A stretch of DNA of 64,000 nt from a bacterium (lineage in GTDB: Bacteria > SAR324 > XYD2-FULL-50-16 > G965216635). The stretch spans positions 1,920,001 to 1,984,000 of the forward strand of contig OZ244188.1 of the NCBI GenBank assembly GCA_965216635.1, read 5' to 3'. How positions within the stretch are numbered: position 1 is the first letter of the stretch; every line of letters begins with the position of its first letter. Below, piece after piece: positions 19,662 to 31,093 of this stretch. Both the position numbers and the translations under genes were made by a program. The notes under the pieces were generated by a model, which saw only the letters and a list, made by a program, of their open reading frames with translations, searched no databases and was not told the DNA's origin.

Positions 19662-21014
19662 TTAAAAACTCAAGTGGAAGGAGATGCTGATGACGAGGGG
19701 TGCTTTGAGTTCGGCATCTGTTTCGGTGGTTGTTTTTATTGTTCCTTCTGTTGTTGTGGTTTGAGTGCTAGTCTCAATAGTTTCCTCTACAGTAACGGTT
19801 CTGCTTCCAAATTGGGTTACTTGTGTTCTCTTATCTGTTAATCTATTAGGAGTGATATTAACGTTATTATTTTTCCCACTGGGGTCTACAACAAAAGAAT
19901 ATCCAACCACTACTGATCCTCCTGTTCTTGTCTGTTCAGGGGTCAAGCGGTTTGTTGTATTACTGTCAATCTTGAAAGTGGGATCGGGAGTATAGGGAGT
20001 AGTTGTCGGAGCAGTGCTACTTTTTAGAGAAACCCCCGAGATATACTTCGTTAAGCCAAAATTAAAGAATAGGTTGGGGGTTAAGTTCTTTTTATAGCCG
20101 ATCTGAATCGCGGGACTTGTGGCAGAGGCGCTGGCAGAGCCGTTCGTCAAACTCATACTCGCTAGACCTCCTCCGACAAAAAAATCCTCGTTTAAAAAAT
20201 AATCCGCCATAACTAGTGTATTGGCGAGCTCGTTAGCTCCCCCAGAGCCAGTAAAATGGGTCAGAGAGGCTCTCCATTTTTCCCACCTAAAGCTGAATTG
20301 CAGACCAATGCCTGAGATTTTATCGCTCTTGTTGGTTGTTGTTGATGTCAATGCGTCTGTGTCTGTTGTTGATATTGAACCCTGCACTGTATTTACAGGC
20401 AATGTATAATCAGCAAAATCAGCAGCGGTTAAACCATTAGAAGAAAAGTGTTCTGAACATGTATTCAAATTCCATGTTGTGTTATTACTATTTCTAGTTG
20501 CGGTGTTTCCTACTCCATCTCTTGTGCCTTCATCAAAGTAAGATATAAAATTGTCATGGAAAACATAGGTTCCATCGGTTGCATCAAAGCTCGGTGTTCC
20601 TGTTTCACAGTTTGCTGCTACAAGAGCTTCTATTCCAGCTTTTAGATCAGGACTAGCATCAAAGAAAGAAGAAGCGTCTGCTTCTATGCTAGTGGTGATA
20701 TCTGAATAGGTAACATTAGGATCATAGGATGTTCTGGTAGTACCAGTAATAGTAGTAATAGTATCAGGGACTCCAGTGGTTTTGCTGCTACTATCCACCT
20801 TAAAACCACTTAGATAGACAATGCCAACGAAAAATCCCTGCTTGCTACTGCTTTGAACCGCTTGGGCTTGCAGCTTGCTGCCTCCAAAAGTAAAGGCACT
20901 TCCTATAAGAAGAGCGGGAACAAGAATAGCCGCCAAAACGAAACGAGCCAGAGTAAAACGAACCAGCGAAAAAGCGAAAGTTTTCCTTAAAACTTGGGAA
21001 TTTATGTTTTTCAT
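19662..21014 (-). CDS. Variable outer-membrane beta-barrel protein, paralog P1
   Basis: Long signal peptide ending LQA/QA, amphipathic strands, C-terminal ISFHLSF; conserved blocks shared with P2-P4. Start placed at ATG 21014 (MKNINSQ). Confidence 0.8.
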   Translation of the reverse strand: MKNINSQVLRKTFAFSLVRFTLARFVLAAILVPALLIGSAFTFGGSKLQAQAVQSSSKQGFFVGIVYLSGFKVDSSSKTTGVPDTITTITGTTRTSYDPNVTYSDITTSIEADASSFFDASPDLKAGIEALVAANCETGTPSFDATDGTYVFHDNFISYFDEGTRDGVGNTATRNSNNTTWNLNTCSEHFSSNGLTAADFADYTLPVNTVQGSISTTDTDALTSTTTNKSDKISGIGLQFSFRWEKWRASLTHFTGSGGANELANTLVMADYFLNEDFFVGGGLASMSLTNGSASASATSPAIQIGYKKNLTPNLFFNFGLTKYISGVSLKSSTAPTTTPYTPDPTFKIDSNTTNRLTPEQTRTGGSVVVGYSFVVDPSGKNNNVNITPNRLTDKRTQVTQFGSRTVTVEETIETSTQTTTTEGTIKTTTETDAELKAPLVISISFHLSF

Positions 21015-21123
21015 AATAGTGTAAATAATTAAATTTAGGTTAAATAACAAAACTTCATAAAGGATTGCAGAAAAAAACAATTTTGTCAATATATTTTTTT
21101 GGCTATTGGCAGTTTTTTATTTT

Positions 21124-21275
21124 TTCTGCTCATCCTTTATAAAGAATAATTGCAGAAAAACACTTTAAAAGCAAATAAAAAAAAGAATTTTATTTGTTTT
21201 TGGTGTTTTTGGTGTTTCTGCTCATTCTTTATAAAGAATAATTGCAGAAAAACACTTTAAAAGCAAATAAAAAAA
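21124..21275. repeat. AT-rich ~92-bp upstream unit, 2 copies (cassette leader of P1)
   Basis: ttctgctcatYctttataaagaataattgcagaaaaacactttaaaagcaaataaaa at 21124 and 21216. Confidence 0.85.
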
Positions 21276-21318
21276 ACAAATGCGTTGCGGGGAGGTATTT
21301 TTTATTTTATGTAGGTCT

Positions 21319-21500
21319 GTAGAGACGTCCTATATGGGCGTCTCATAAATTTAGAACGTTTATTAAAAACAGCTTTTTGTGGTTTATGCACATCATATAA
21401 GACGCCCTGTATGGGCGTCTCATAAATTTAGAACGTTTATTAAAAACAGCTTTTTGTGGTTTATGCACATCGTATAAGACGCCCTGTAGGGCGTCTCTAC
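21319..21500. repeat. GTAG-type REP/REPIN array, 3 hairpins
   Basis: Same 77-bp unit as 19161-19634; lies just 3' of the P2 stop. Confidence 0.9.
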
Positions 21501-21538
21501 ATGTTATGCTATAAAATATCCCTTGCAGTTTTTTTTTC

Positions 21539-22984
<1,446 letters not shown>

Positions 22985-23084
22985 AATAGTGTAAATAATT
23001 AAATTTAGGTTAAATAACAAAACTTCATAAAGGATTGCAGAAAAAAACAATAATAGCAAACTATTGGTTGTTGGCAGTTTTTTA

Positions 23085-23328
23085 TAGACCTTTGAATTTG
23101 CGTTATGTGACGGCTAGGCAAGGCAAAAAAAAATTTTAGCTCGCAGGAATATATGTAATATTTCAAGAGTTAAAATTTTTTTTTAATGGCGTAGTAAAAA
23201 ACACTATAAACCTTGCATTAAGCAAGAATGAACTGTGAAACAGCCCTTTGGCTGTTTCACAAATAGCCCACAAAAAGCGTCAAGCAATAAGCTTGTTTTG
23301 GCTAAACAGAACGCAAATTCAAAAGTTT
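23085..23328. mobile_element. MITE-like element inserted upstream of P2
   Basis: TAGACCTTTGAATT...AATTCAAAAGT. It interrupts ttggcagttttttat/ttttt..ctgct, which is contiguous upstream of P1. Confidence 0.85.
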
Positions 23329-23337
23329 TTTATTTTT

Positions 23338-23570
23338 ACTGCTTATCCTTTATAAAGAATAATTGCAGAAAAACACTTTAAAAGCAAATAAAAAAAACAA
23401 TTTTATTTGTTTTTGGTGTTTCTGCTCATTCTTTATAAGATAATTGCAGAAAAACACTTTAAAAGCAAATAAAAAAAAGAATTTTATTTGTTTTTGGTGT
23501 TTTTGGTGTTTCTGCTCATTCTTTATAAAGAATAATTGCAGAAAAACACTTTAAAAGCAAATAAAAAAAA
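23338..23570. repeat. AT-rich ~83-90-bp upstream unit, 3 copies (cassette leader of P2)
   Basis: Same unit as 21124-21275, at about 23338, 23420 and 23510. Confidence 0.85.
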
Positions 23571-23612
23571 CAAATGCGTTGCGGGGAGGCATTTTTTATT
23601 TTATGTAGGTCT

Positions 23613-23717
23613 GTAGAGACGTCCTATATGGGCGTCTCATAAATTTAGAACGTTTATTAAAAACAGCTTTTTGTGGTTTATGCACATCATATAAGACGCC
23701 CTGTAGGGCGTCTCTAC
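23613..23717. repeat. GTAG-type REPIN, 2 hairpins (105 bp), with no barrel gene attached
   Basis: GTAGAGACGTCC...GGGCGTCTCTAC followed by atgttatgctataaaa...cctgcagtttt, the flank that abuts the P2 and P4 stops. Confidence 0.9.
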
Positions 23718-23799
23718 ATGTTATGCTATAAAAAAAAAACATCCCCTGCAGTTTTGTAGTGTTTTTTACTGGATTTACTTGGGTAATCAAAGGTCTATA

Positions 23800-25014
23800 T
23801 TAGTTAATTAAAAAATCTGCGGTTAGGTTTTCAAAATTTATTTTTTGCTCCATCGGTAAATAAACCCTACTTTGAATATCCATTTGATTTAGAAATTTAC
23901 ACATTGAAGGTCCCACCTGATTCCAATTTAATGCCCCTAACCCACAGCCTAATGCTGGTAAAGCTAAAGATTCTATACCTTCTTTTTTATAATTAGCGAG
24001 TAGCCACCGCAAACCCTGTTCTATACCTTGCAGAGGACTATTTTCTCTCCAGTGTTTTTTTGTAGGAAAAAGTAAAAACCACTTATAAGAATTTTTATTT
24101 TTTAAATTATCAGAATCATACGCTAAAACATCATCCAGACTTTTTTCTCTCTTGATAAGATAAGGTCTACCCATAACTAATTTTTTTTGACGGCATAGGT
24201 CTTGGTATTGCACAAAAACATCAGGGAATTGGTACCTTGTTCTAGAAGCTAGTCCTTTGCCCATAACTCCTACTGTATTGACGCTAATCGTGAGAGTCTG
24301 AGCGCTAGAGAAAAACATATCTCCTTGTATCAGTTTTATTTTTTCTGTAATGCGGTATGTTTGATTGGGCAGAAAAAATTTTGTTTTATCCAAAATAATT
24401 TCTGGTTTTGCTTGATTTTTTTGGGGATTTTTTTGGAGCTTTTCTTGGAGATTTTTTTGGAGATCTGAATTAGCAGTATAGATAGCAGAAATATAGTGGG
24501 GCTCTACTTTTTTAGGGACAAGCAATTCTGCCATAATTTTTCTTTTGCCGTCTTCTAAATTGTTCCACCACGCCGCATTTTGTAGTATAAATTTATTGAT
24601 TTTCAAAAACCCTTTTTTTTTGTTCGCATAAAAATTTGTAGCCTGCGAAGCCGCATTGCCATCGGTCAAGTAGGTGCCCTCGTGTCCGAGTATTTCTTTT
24701 TTTAATTCCAAAATCACTATATCGGATGTTCCTTGATTGAAAGAACCTTGTCCGCTGTCGTGCAACAGTCTATAAAGCATAGGGTTGCGGGGTTGTATAT
24801 AAAAATTGGCGTAGTCCTCAAAACGAGAAAGATTGTTTTCTACTAGTTTTTCTTTTCGTAAGGTTATCACCTCTTCGCTATAGATTTTTTTTTTGGCAAT
24901 TTTTTGTTGCTCTATTTGTTGATGCGACAGAATGCCTAGCTTAAGGATAGATTCTAAATTGTCCTTATGGGTGATGTAGTATAGGGCTTTTAAATCAGAA
25001 GGTTGCATATTCAA
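23800..25014 (-). CDS. DarT (DUF4433 DNA ADP-ribosyltransferase) - DarG macrodomain fusion protein
   Basis: N-half LYYITHKDNLESIL..GILS, YANFY..PRNPMLY, TDGNAAS, MAELLV (DarT). C-half GDMF, VNTVGVMGKGLA, FPTKKHWR, ALPALGCGLG.L.W (DarG-type macrodomain). Confidence 0.9.
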   Translation of the reverse strand: MNMQPSDLKALYYITHKDNLESILKLGILSHQQIEQQKIAKKKIYSEEVITLRKEKLVENNLSRFEDYANFYIQPRNPMLYRLLHDSGQGSFNQGTSDIVILELKKEILGHEGTYLTDGNAASQATNFYANKKKGFLKINKFILQNAAWWNNLEDGKRKIMAELLVPKKVEPHYISAIYTANSDLQKNLQEKLQKNPQKNQAKPEIILDKTKFFLPNQTYRITEKIKLIQGDMFFSSAQTLTISVNTVGVMGKGLASRTRYQFPDVFVQYQDLCRQKKLVMGRPYLIKREKSLDDVLAYDSDNLKNKNSYKWFLLFPTKKHWRENSPLQGIEQGLRWLLANYKKEGIESLALPALGCGLGALNWNQVGPSMCKFLNQMDIQSRVYLPMEQKINFENLTADFLIN

Positions 25015-25108
25015 AAAATTCTGGAATAATATTTAATTTGTAAATTAAACTTTTTTGAAAAAAGTTGCAAAATGTTTTTTGAAGTTTAAAGATAGATAGA
25101 AAAATACT

Positions 25109-28100
25109 ATGAGTTTCGTCCATTTACACACCCACACCCATTTCTCTCTTTTTGAAGGAACTATTAAAATTGAAGAATTAGTTCTCAAAACAGCAGAATT
25201 ACAAATGCCCGCTTGCGCCATAACAGATCACAATAATCTTTTTGGAGCAATAAGGTTTTATCGTAGTTTTAAGAATCAAGGCATTAAACCCATTATCGGA
25301 CAAGGGTTTTATTTAAAATCTAGACTTGATAGCGTAGGTTCTCGTTTAAATCTGCTCTGTATAGATAAACAGGGCTATAAAAACCTAATTAAACTTTCTA
25401 GTCTTTCCTATCTGGAGGGCAAAAAAAATCAAACTCCTTTTTTACGATGGGAATGGCTGGAAATGTACAGACAAGGTCTTTTTTTAATAACAGGAGAATA
25501 TGAAAGCGATATCGCCCATTATCTACAAAAAAACGACAATCAAAAAACACTCCAACTAGTCCAAGACTACCAGCAAATTTTTGGGGATAGATTTTATCTG
25601 GAAATTTCAGACAATGGTTTATCCCAACAAAAAATTCTTACTCAAAAAATCCTGCAATTAGGAAAACAAACTTCAGTAGCTCTTGTTGCTACAAACCCTT
25701 GCTTTTATCTAACGCCTGAAGACTCTTTCCCACAATTTGTTTTAAGGCAAATGGGGGCGCAAAAAGTCATTGGAAATAGTGCCCCTGAGATGCCTCTCAC
25801 CGAAGAGCTTTATTTTAAAAGTCAGCAGCAGATGGAAAATCTTTTTTCTCAATCAGCTCCTGAAAGTCTAACAAATAGTTTAAAAATAGCAGAAGCCTGT
25901 GATTTGAGTTTGGAAAACAAACAGTTTTATCTACCTACAATTCCTTCTGATGACGGGCAAGAACCTGAATCGCAAATCCAGAATCAAGCAAAGCAGGGTT
26001 TAGAAAAAAGATTGCTTTCTTTAAAAAATAGGCTCCAGTGGAGCGACGGAATTTTTGAGCAAAAACAAATAGTTTATAAAAAAAGACTTAGCTACGAACT
26101 AGCCACTATTATTAAGATGGGTTATGCCGGGTATTTTTTGATTGTTGCTGATTTTGTAATCTGGGCAAAAAATCAAAAAATTTTAGTAGGTCCCGGTAGA
26201 GGTTCGGGGGCTGGTTCTCTTGTAGCCTATTCTTTACAAATCACCAATATTGACCCTTTAAGCTATGACTTGCTTTTTGAAAGATTCTTAAACCCAGGAC
26301 GAGCGTCTTTACCCGACATAGATATAGATTTTGACGCTAATGAAAGAGGCAAAGTTATTGATTACATCAAAAAAAAATACGGCAGTGAAAAAGTTTGCCA
26401 AATCGCAACTTTAGGCTCGCTTAACGCAAAAGCTGTGATTAGAGGAGTTGCTCGAGTTTTAGGCATTGCTTATATAAATGCAGATACTATTGCTCGTATG
26501 ATACCAGATAGGTTGAATATCACCTTAACCCAAGCAATGCAAGAAAATCTGGAATTAGCGGAGCTTTATAAATCTGGACAAAAAAAAGAAAAACAGTTGA
26601 TACAAATTGCTTTACGGTTGGAAGGTCTTAACTCCAATCTTAGCACTCACGCTGCTGGTATTATTATTATGGATACAGATATTAGTACCCGTATTCCTTT
26701 ATGCAATCCTAAAGATAGTACTGAAATTTTATCACAATACAGTATGGAAGATGCCGAAAATCAAGGGGCTATAAAATTTGATTTGCTCGGCTTAAAATAT
26801 CTAACTGTCATCTGTCAGAGTTTGAAACTGATCCAACAAGAGCAACCAGATTTTAATATTGAATCTATTCCTCTCGATCACAGTAGAGTCTATAGAATGC
26901 TAGCAGAAGGCAAAACGACGGGTATTTTTCAAATGGAATCTTTTGGTATCACAAAATATATTCGCCAAATGAAGCCAACTCAATTTGAAGACCTTATCGC
27001 TCTGATTGCCCTCTACCGTCCAGGACCCCTAGGCTCCGATATGATTACTCGCTATATCAATCGCAAGAAAAATAAAGAACCAGTAGTTTATCCTCATCCT
27101 TTAACAGAAAATATTTTAAAAGAAACTTATGGGGTGATGATCTATCAAGAACAGATTATCCATATAGTCCAAGAAGTAGGGGGGTTTTCGCTTGCTGAAG
27201 CTGATATATTCCGTAGAGCTATGGGTAAAAAAAAGAAAGAAATTTTACGACAACAAAGGACAAGGTTTGTATCACAAAGTATTGCTAAAGGTTTAAAGGA
27301 GCAAGAAGCAATAGATATTTTCGAGCAAATTGATAAATTTGGAGGTTATGGGTTTAATAAATCGCATTCCGCAGCCTATGCTTTAATTAGCTATCAAACA
27401 GCCTACTTAAAAAGTTTTTATACCAAGCAGTTTTATGTATCCTTACTCAATTCTGAATCGCAGAATACTAAACAAATAAAAAAAATTCTAACCGAAATAA
27501 AAAAAACCAGTATTCAAGTGATCCCTCCTGATATCAATAAAAGTCTTTTTTTATTTACCATAAAAGAAGAAAAAATTTGTTTTGGCTTTGGAGCAATTAA
27601 AGGTATAGGTAAAACCGCACTTGAAGGACTTTTAAAAAACAGAAAAAAAGGATTTAGTAATTTATTGGATTTTTGCAAGGCTTTAGATTCTGGTATTAAT
27701 GTTGCGGTGCTAACCAATATTATAAAAATCGGTGCCTTAGATTCATTAGAAAGAAACAGACACAAACTTTTTAAAAATTTAGACTATTTGTCAGAAATAG
27801 CTAAATTTAATTCAAACTCCAACGAGCAGATGGATACCCTTGTTGTCGGAAACGACACACCACTGGAGAGTATCAAATTGCAAGAATGCCCTACCTGGAG
27901 TTTTTTAGAAGAACTGCAAGAATCCAAAAAAACACTGGGATTTTACCTAAATAAAAATCCCCTTTCTTTTTATATTAATGATTTAAGATCTTTCAATGGC
28001 TTGATCAATCTCAAAAGTTTAGACCTCGGCAGGGCTGGAAAAAAAAGTTGGGTTGCCTGCTACATCCAGTATTTAAGAATCACCTTAAACGACAAAAATA

Positions 28101-28582
28101 TAAAAACAGCAGAAATTTTTTTAGAAGATTTTAGTGCAGAAATGAGTTTTTTTATTAACCTGAATAAAAATCCAGCCATAGAGTCTTTCCTAGATAGGGA
28201 TAGAGCTTTACTCGTGCAATTTTCTCAAGCTCGTTATGAAGAACGTAATAAATTTTTTATCCAAAAAGTTTTTTCCTTAGAGCGACTTCGTAAAGATTTT
28301 GTGAGCAAAATAAATTTACATTTTTCTTACGACCGCCTCCCTACAAAAAAAGAAGATCTTTCTGATTTTTGGATGGAAATCAAAAATTTAATTTCAAAAA
28401 ATAATGATAAAGTCTCCCAGACTAATGTTGTTTTACAAATTGAAAAAAAAGACAGAACAATCCACTGCATAGAATCACACAAGAAAGTCCACGCAAGTAA
28501 ATCGTTTATAGAAGATTTAACTCGTTTTCTGCCTTTAAAAAATATTCATTTTGATTACAACCTTAAGATGCCTTTAAATTAG
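25109..28582 (+). CDS. dnaE: DNA polymerase III alpha subunit
   Basis: FVHLHTHT PHP domain, GPGRGSGAGSL, PDIDIDF and GYGFNKSHSAAY. Confidence 0.98.
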   Translation: MSFVHLHTHTHFSLFEGTIKIEELVLKTAELQMPACAITDHNNLFGAIRFYRSFKNQGIKPIIGQGFYLKSRLDSVGSRLNLLCIDKQGYKNLIKLSSLSYLEGKKNQTPFLRWEWLEMYRQGLFLITGEYESDIAHYLQKNDNQKTLQLVQDYQQIFGDRFYLEISDNGLSQQKILTQKILQLGKQTSVALVATNPCFYLTPEDSFPQFVLRQMGAQKVIGNSAPEMPLTEELYFKSQQQMENLFSQSAPESLTNSLKIAEACDLSLENKQFYLPTIPSDDGQEPESQIQNQAKQGLEKRLLSLKNRLQWSDGIFEQKQIVYKKRLSYELATIIKMGYAGYFLIVADFVIWAKNQKILVGPGRGSGAGSLVAYSLQITNIDPLSYDLLFERFLNPGRASLPDIDIDFDANERGKVIDYIKKKYGSEKVCQIATLGSLNAKAVIRGVARVLGIAYINADTIARMIPDRLNITLTQAMQENLELAELYKSGQKKEKQLIQIALRLEGLNSNLSTHAAGIIIMDTDISTRIPLCNPKDSTEILSQYSMEDAENQGAIKFDLLGLKYLTVICQSLKLIQQEQPDFNIESIPLDHSRVYRMLAEGKTTGIFQMESFGITKYIRQMKPTQFEDLIALIALYRPGPLGSDMITRYINRKKNKEPVVYPHPLTENILKETYGVMIYQEQIIHIVQEVGGFSLAEADIFRRAMGKKKKEILRQQRTRFVSQSIAKGLKEQEAIDIFEQIDKFGGYGFNKSHSAAYALISYQTAYLKSFYTKQFYVSLLNSESQNTKQIKKILTEIKKTSIQVIPPDINKSLFLFTIKEEKICFGFGAIKGIGKTALEGLLKNRKKGFSNLLDFCKALDSGINVAVLTNIIKIGALDSLERNRHKLFKNLDYLSEIAKFNSNSNEQMDTLVVGNDTPLESIKLQECPTWSFLEELQESKKTLGFYLNKNPLSFYINDLRSFNGLINLKSLDLGRAGKKSWVACYIQYLRITLNDKNIKTAEIFLEDFSAEMSFFINLNKNPAIESFLDRDRALLVQFSQARYEERNKFFIQKVFSLERLRKDFVSKINLHFSYDRLPTKKEDLSDFWMEIKNLISKNNDKVSQTNVVLQIEKKDRTIHCIESHKKVHASKSFIEDLTRFLPLKNIHFDYNLKMPLN

Positions 28583-28740
28583 ACATTCTGCTTATTTAAT
28601 TACTGGGACTAGACTGGTTGATTTAAAGATTTCTATAATTTTAGAGAGAAAAGGTCTATACAATAAACCGACTTGCAAAAATTGCATTTTGCTTTAGAAT
28701 GTAGGTTGTGCTACACACTACAAAACTTAACTTTTTAAAT

Positions 28741-29619
28741 ATGGAATCAGAAGAATTCGGATTAGTACTGGGAGAAAAACTTTTGGGTTTAGAATCCCTC
28801 CATTACGGTTATTGGGATACACCGCCTAAAGAAGAAAAAGATTTTACTATTGCAGAAATTATCAAAGCCCAACAAAACTACACAAAATTTATTACTTGCC
28901 AAATAGAAAAACAACTTTCTAAAAAATCAGCTCGTGTTTTAGATGTAGGTTGTGGCACGGGAGTTATTCTCATCCAGCTTTTAAAAAAAGGTTATCTTGT
29001 AGATGCGGTAATTCCTTCCGTTCATCTACAAAAAAAAGTAGAGGCTAAAATCAAGACTATACAGCCTAAAACCAAGCCGCAAATTTACGCCAGTGGTTTT
29101 GAACAATTATTACAAAACAAAAATATCCCCCTGTACGACATGATTTTTTTTAGCGAAAGTTTTCAGTATATTCCAATGAAATATAGCTTTGCAGTTTTAA
29201 ACAAGATACTCGCAAAAAATGGCACTGTGCTTGTCAGTGATTTTTTTAAAAAACAAGCCCACAATCCCAAATACACCCATCTAGTTGGAGGCGGACATCA
29301 ACTGAATGATTTCTATCAAGAATTAAAAAAAAGCCCATTTTCCAAAACTCAAGAATTAGACATTACCAAAAATTGCTCTCCTACCATAGAAATCGGCTCT
29401 TATATTTTAGCAAAAAGACTTTATCCTAGCCTTCAATTATTGGATCAATTTCTACAAAATCGCTACAAAAAAAAATACCGTTTATTGAGAAATTCTATTG
29501 TTTTTTTCTTTAAAAAAGGTTTTCAAAAATTTAAAGAAAAATATTTATTAGGAAAAAGAACAGGAGCAAATTTTGAAAAAAATAATAAATATATTTTCGC
29601 TATCTTAAAACGAAAATAA
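28741..29619 (+). CDS. Class I SAM-dependent methyltransferase
   Basis: LHYGYW, VLDVGCGTG and FSESFQY. Start placed at ATG 28741. Confidence 0.88.
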   Translation: MESEEFGLVLGEKLLGLESLHYGYWDTPPKEEKDFTIAEIIKAQQNYTKFITCQIEKQLSKKSARVLDVGCGTGVILIQLLKKGYLVDAVIPSVHLQKKVEAKIKTIQPKTKPQIYASGFEQLLQNKNIPLYDMIFFSESFQYIPMKYSFAVLNKILAKNGTVLVSDFFKKQAHNPKYTHLVGGGHQLNDFYQELKKSPFSKTQELDITKNCSPTIEIGSYILAKRLYPSLQLLDQFLQNRYKKKYRLLRNSIVFFFKKGFQKFKEKYLLGKRTGANFEKNNKYIFAILKRK

Positions 29620-29783
29620 CCTGTGCTTAAAATAGGAGCGGATAATGACGGTTTAATAAAAAATAGACTAGATTCTTGTTTTATAATAATTCTATTTGTT
29701 TTTTGAAAAATAAGTTTTATACTCTATAAAAAGATTATCAATTATCAATATTTATTTTTTATCAATCACAAAACTACAAAACA

Positions 29784-30977
29784 ATGTTAAATCCAGAAAA
29801 AAAAAAGGTTTTAGATACGGCTGTTAGTCAAATTGAAAAACAATTTGGTAAGGGTGCTATTATGAAAATGGACGGTATGAGTCGTCCTCTTGTGCCAGTA
29901 ATTAGCTCTGGTAATATTGCTTTAGATATAACCCTAGGAACTGGAGGCTACCCTGTAGGCAGAATTGTAGAAATTTTCGGTCCTGAATCTTCTGGAAAAA
30001 CAACTTTAGCTTTGCACGGTATAGCAGAGACTCAAAAAGCGGGCGGAATTGCCGCCTTTATTGATGCAGAGCACGCCATTGATATTAATTACGCCAAAAA
30101 ACTTGGCGTGCAAGTGGAAGATTTAATGCTTTCGCAACCTGATTATGGAGAGCAGGCTTTAGAAATCGCAGAAGTGTTGATCCGTAGTGGCGCAGTAAAT
30201 ATTATTGTAATTGATTCTGTAGCAGCACTGGTTCCTAAAGCAGAAATTGAAGGAGAAATGGGAGATTCTCATATGGGTCTGCAGGCTCGCTTGATGTCGC
30301 AGGCTTTAAGAAAAATTACCGCTCTTTGTTCTAAATCGGATTGTATCGTAGTTTTTATCAATCAATTACGACAAAAAATTGGTATTGTTTTTGGTAACCC
30401 TGAAGTGACTACAGGAGGCAATGCTTTAAAATTTTATTCTAGTGTTCGGTTGGATATTCGTAGAATAACCAGTATTAAACAAGGAGACCAACTTATAGGC
30501 AATAGAACTCGCATTAAGGTCGTCAAAAATAAAATGGCGCCTCCCTTTGGCACTACAGAAGTAGATATTATATTTAATCAAGGAATATCTCATTTGGGAG
30601 CTGTAGTAGATATGGCTTTGCAATCGGGTGTTGTAGAAAAAAGCGGTTCTTGGTTCTCCTATAAGGGTAAAAAAATAGGGCAGGGCAGAGAAAATGTGAA
30701 ACTATTTTTGAGAAACGATCCTACTTTGATTTTTGAAATAGAAAATTCTGTCTACGATTTTTACAAACTGCCGCATTTAAAGAAAAAAAAGGCTAGAGTG
30801 GCGTCTGCTTCTTCCAATATGGCTGCTGTAGAACCTGATGATTCTAATACGGGCGAAAATACCATTTCTCAAGACAATACTAAATCTAACGAGCCGAATA
30901 ACGGAGGAAAAGAAATTAGTAAGGATTCAACTGAAAAAGTAGAAGGAGGGCAATCTAATACTGAGACTACGAATTAG
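29784..30977 (+). CDS. recA: Recombinase RecA with long low-complexity C-terminal tail
   Basis: [23 protein letters not shown] and GGNALKFY. Confidence 0.99.
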   Translation: MLNPEKKKVLDTAVSQIEKQFGKGAIMKMDGMSRPLVPVISSGNIALDITLGTGGYPVGRIVEIFGPESSGKTTLALHGIAETQKAGGIAAFIDAEHAIDINYAKKLGVQVEDLMLSQPDYGEQALEIAEVLIRSGAVNIIVIDSVAALVPKAEIEGEMGDSHMGLQARLMSQALRKITALCSKSDCIVVFINQLRQKIGIVFGNPEVTTGGNALKFYSSVRLDIRRITSIKQGDQLIGNRTRIKVVKNKMAPPFGTTEVDIIFNQGISHLGAVVDMALQSGVVEKSGSWFSYKGKKIGQGRENVKLFLRNDPTLIFEIENSVYDFYKLPHLKKKKARVASASSNMAAVEPDDSNTGENTISQDNTKSNEPNNGGKEISKDSTEKVEGGQSNTETTN

Positions 30978-31030
30978 AAGGAGGGCAATCTAATACTGAG
31001 ACTACGAATTAGAAGGAGAGTAATCTAATA
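30941..31030 (+). repeat. 35-bp tandem duplication (about 2.5 copies) spanning the recA stop
   Basis: agaaggagggcaatctaatactgagactacgaatt at 30941 and 30976, partial copy at 31011. Confidence 0.9.
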
Positions 31031-31093
31031 TAGACCTTTGAATTTACGGTATAATAAGTAGAGTGCTCAAGCCAAATACAGACGAAAATTGGT

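Noticed and set aside
19590..20409. Plus-strand ORFs 19590-19841, 19765-19995 and 20221-20409, and equivalents opposite P2-P4
   Set aside because: Antisense shadows of the Thr-rich OMP genes; they recur only because the real genes are paralogous.
21015..21089. Extended N-termini given by the ORF track for P1-P4
   Set aside because: They begin at TTG codons in the AT-rich leader (in P1 and P3 the TTG of TTGACA). All four genes share an aligned ATG at MKN(I/T)NSQ.
23596..23790. 64-aa ORF downstream of darT-darG
   Set aside because: Made almost entirely of REPIN and flank sequence, with no protein features.
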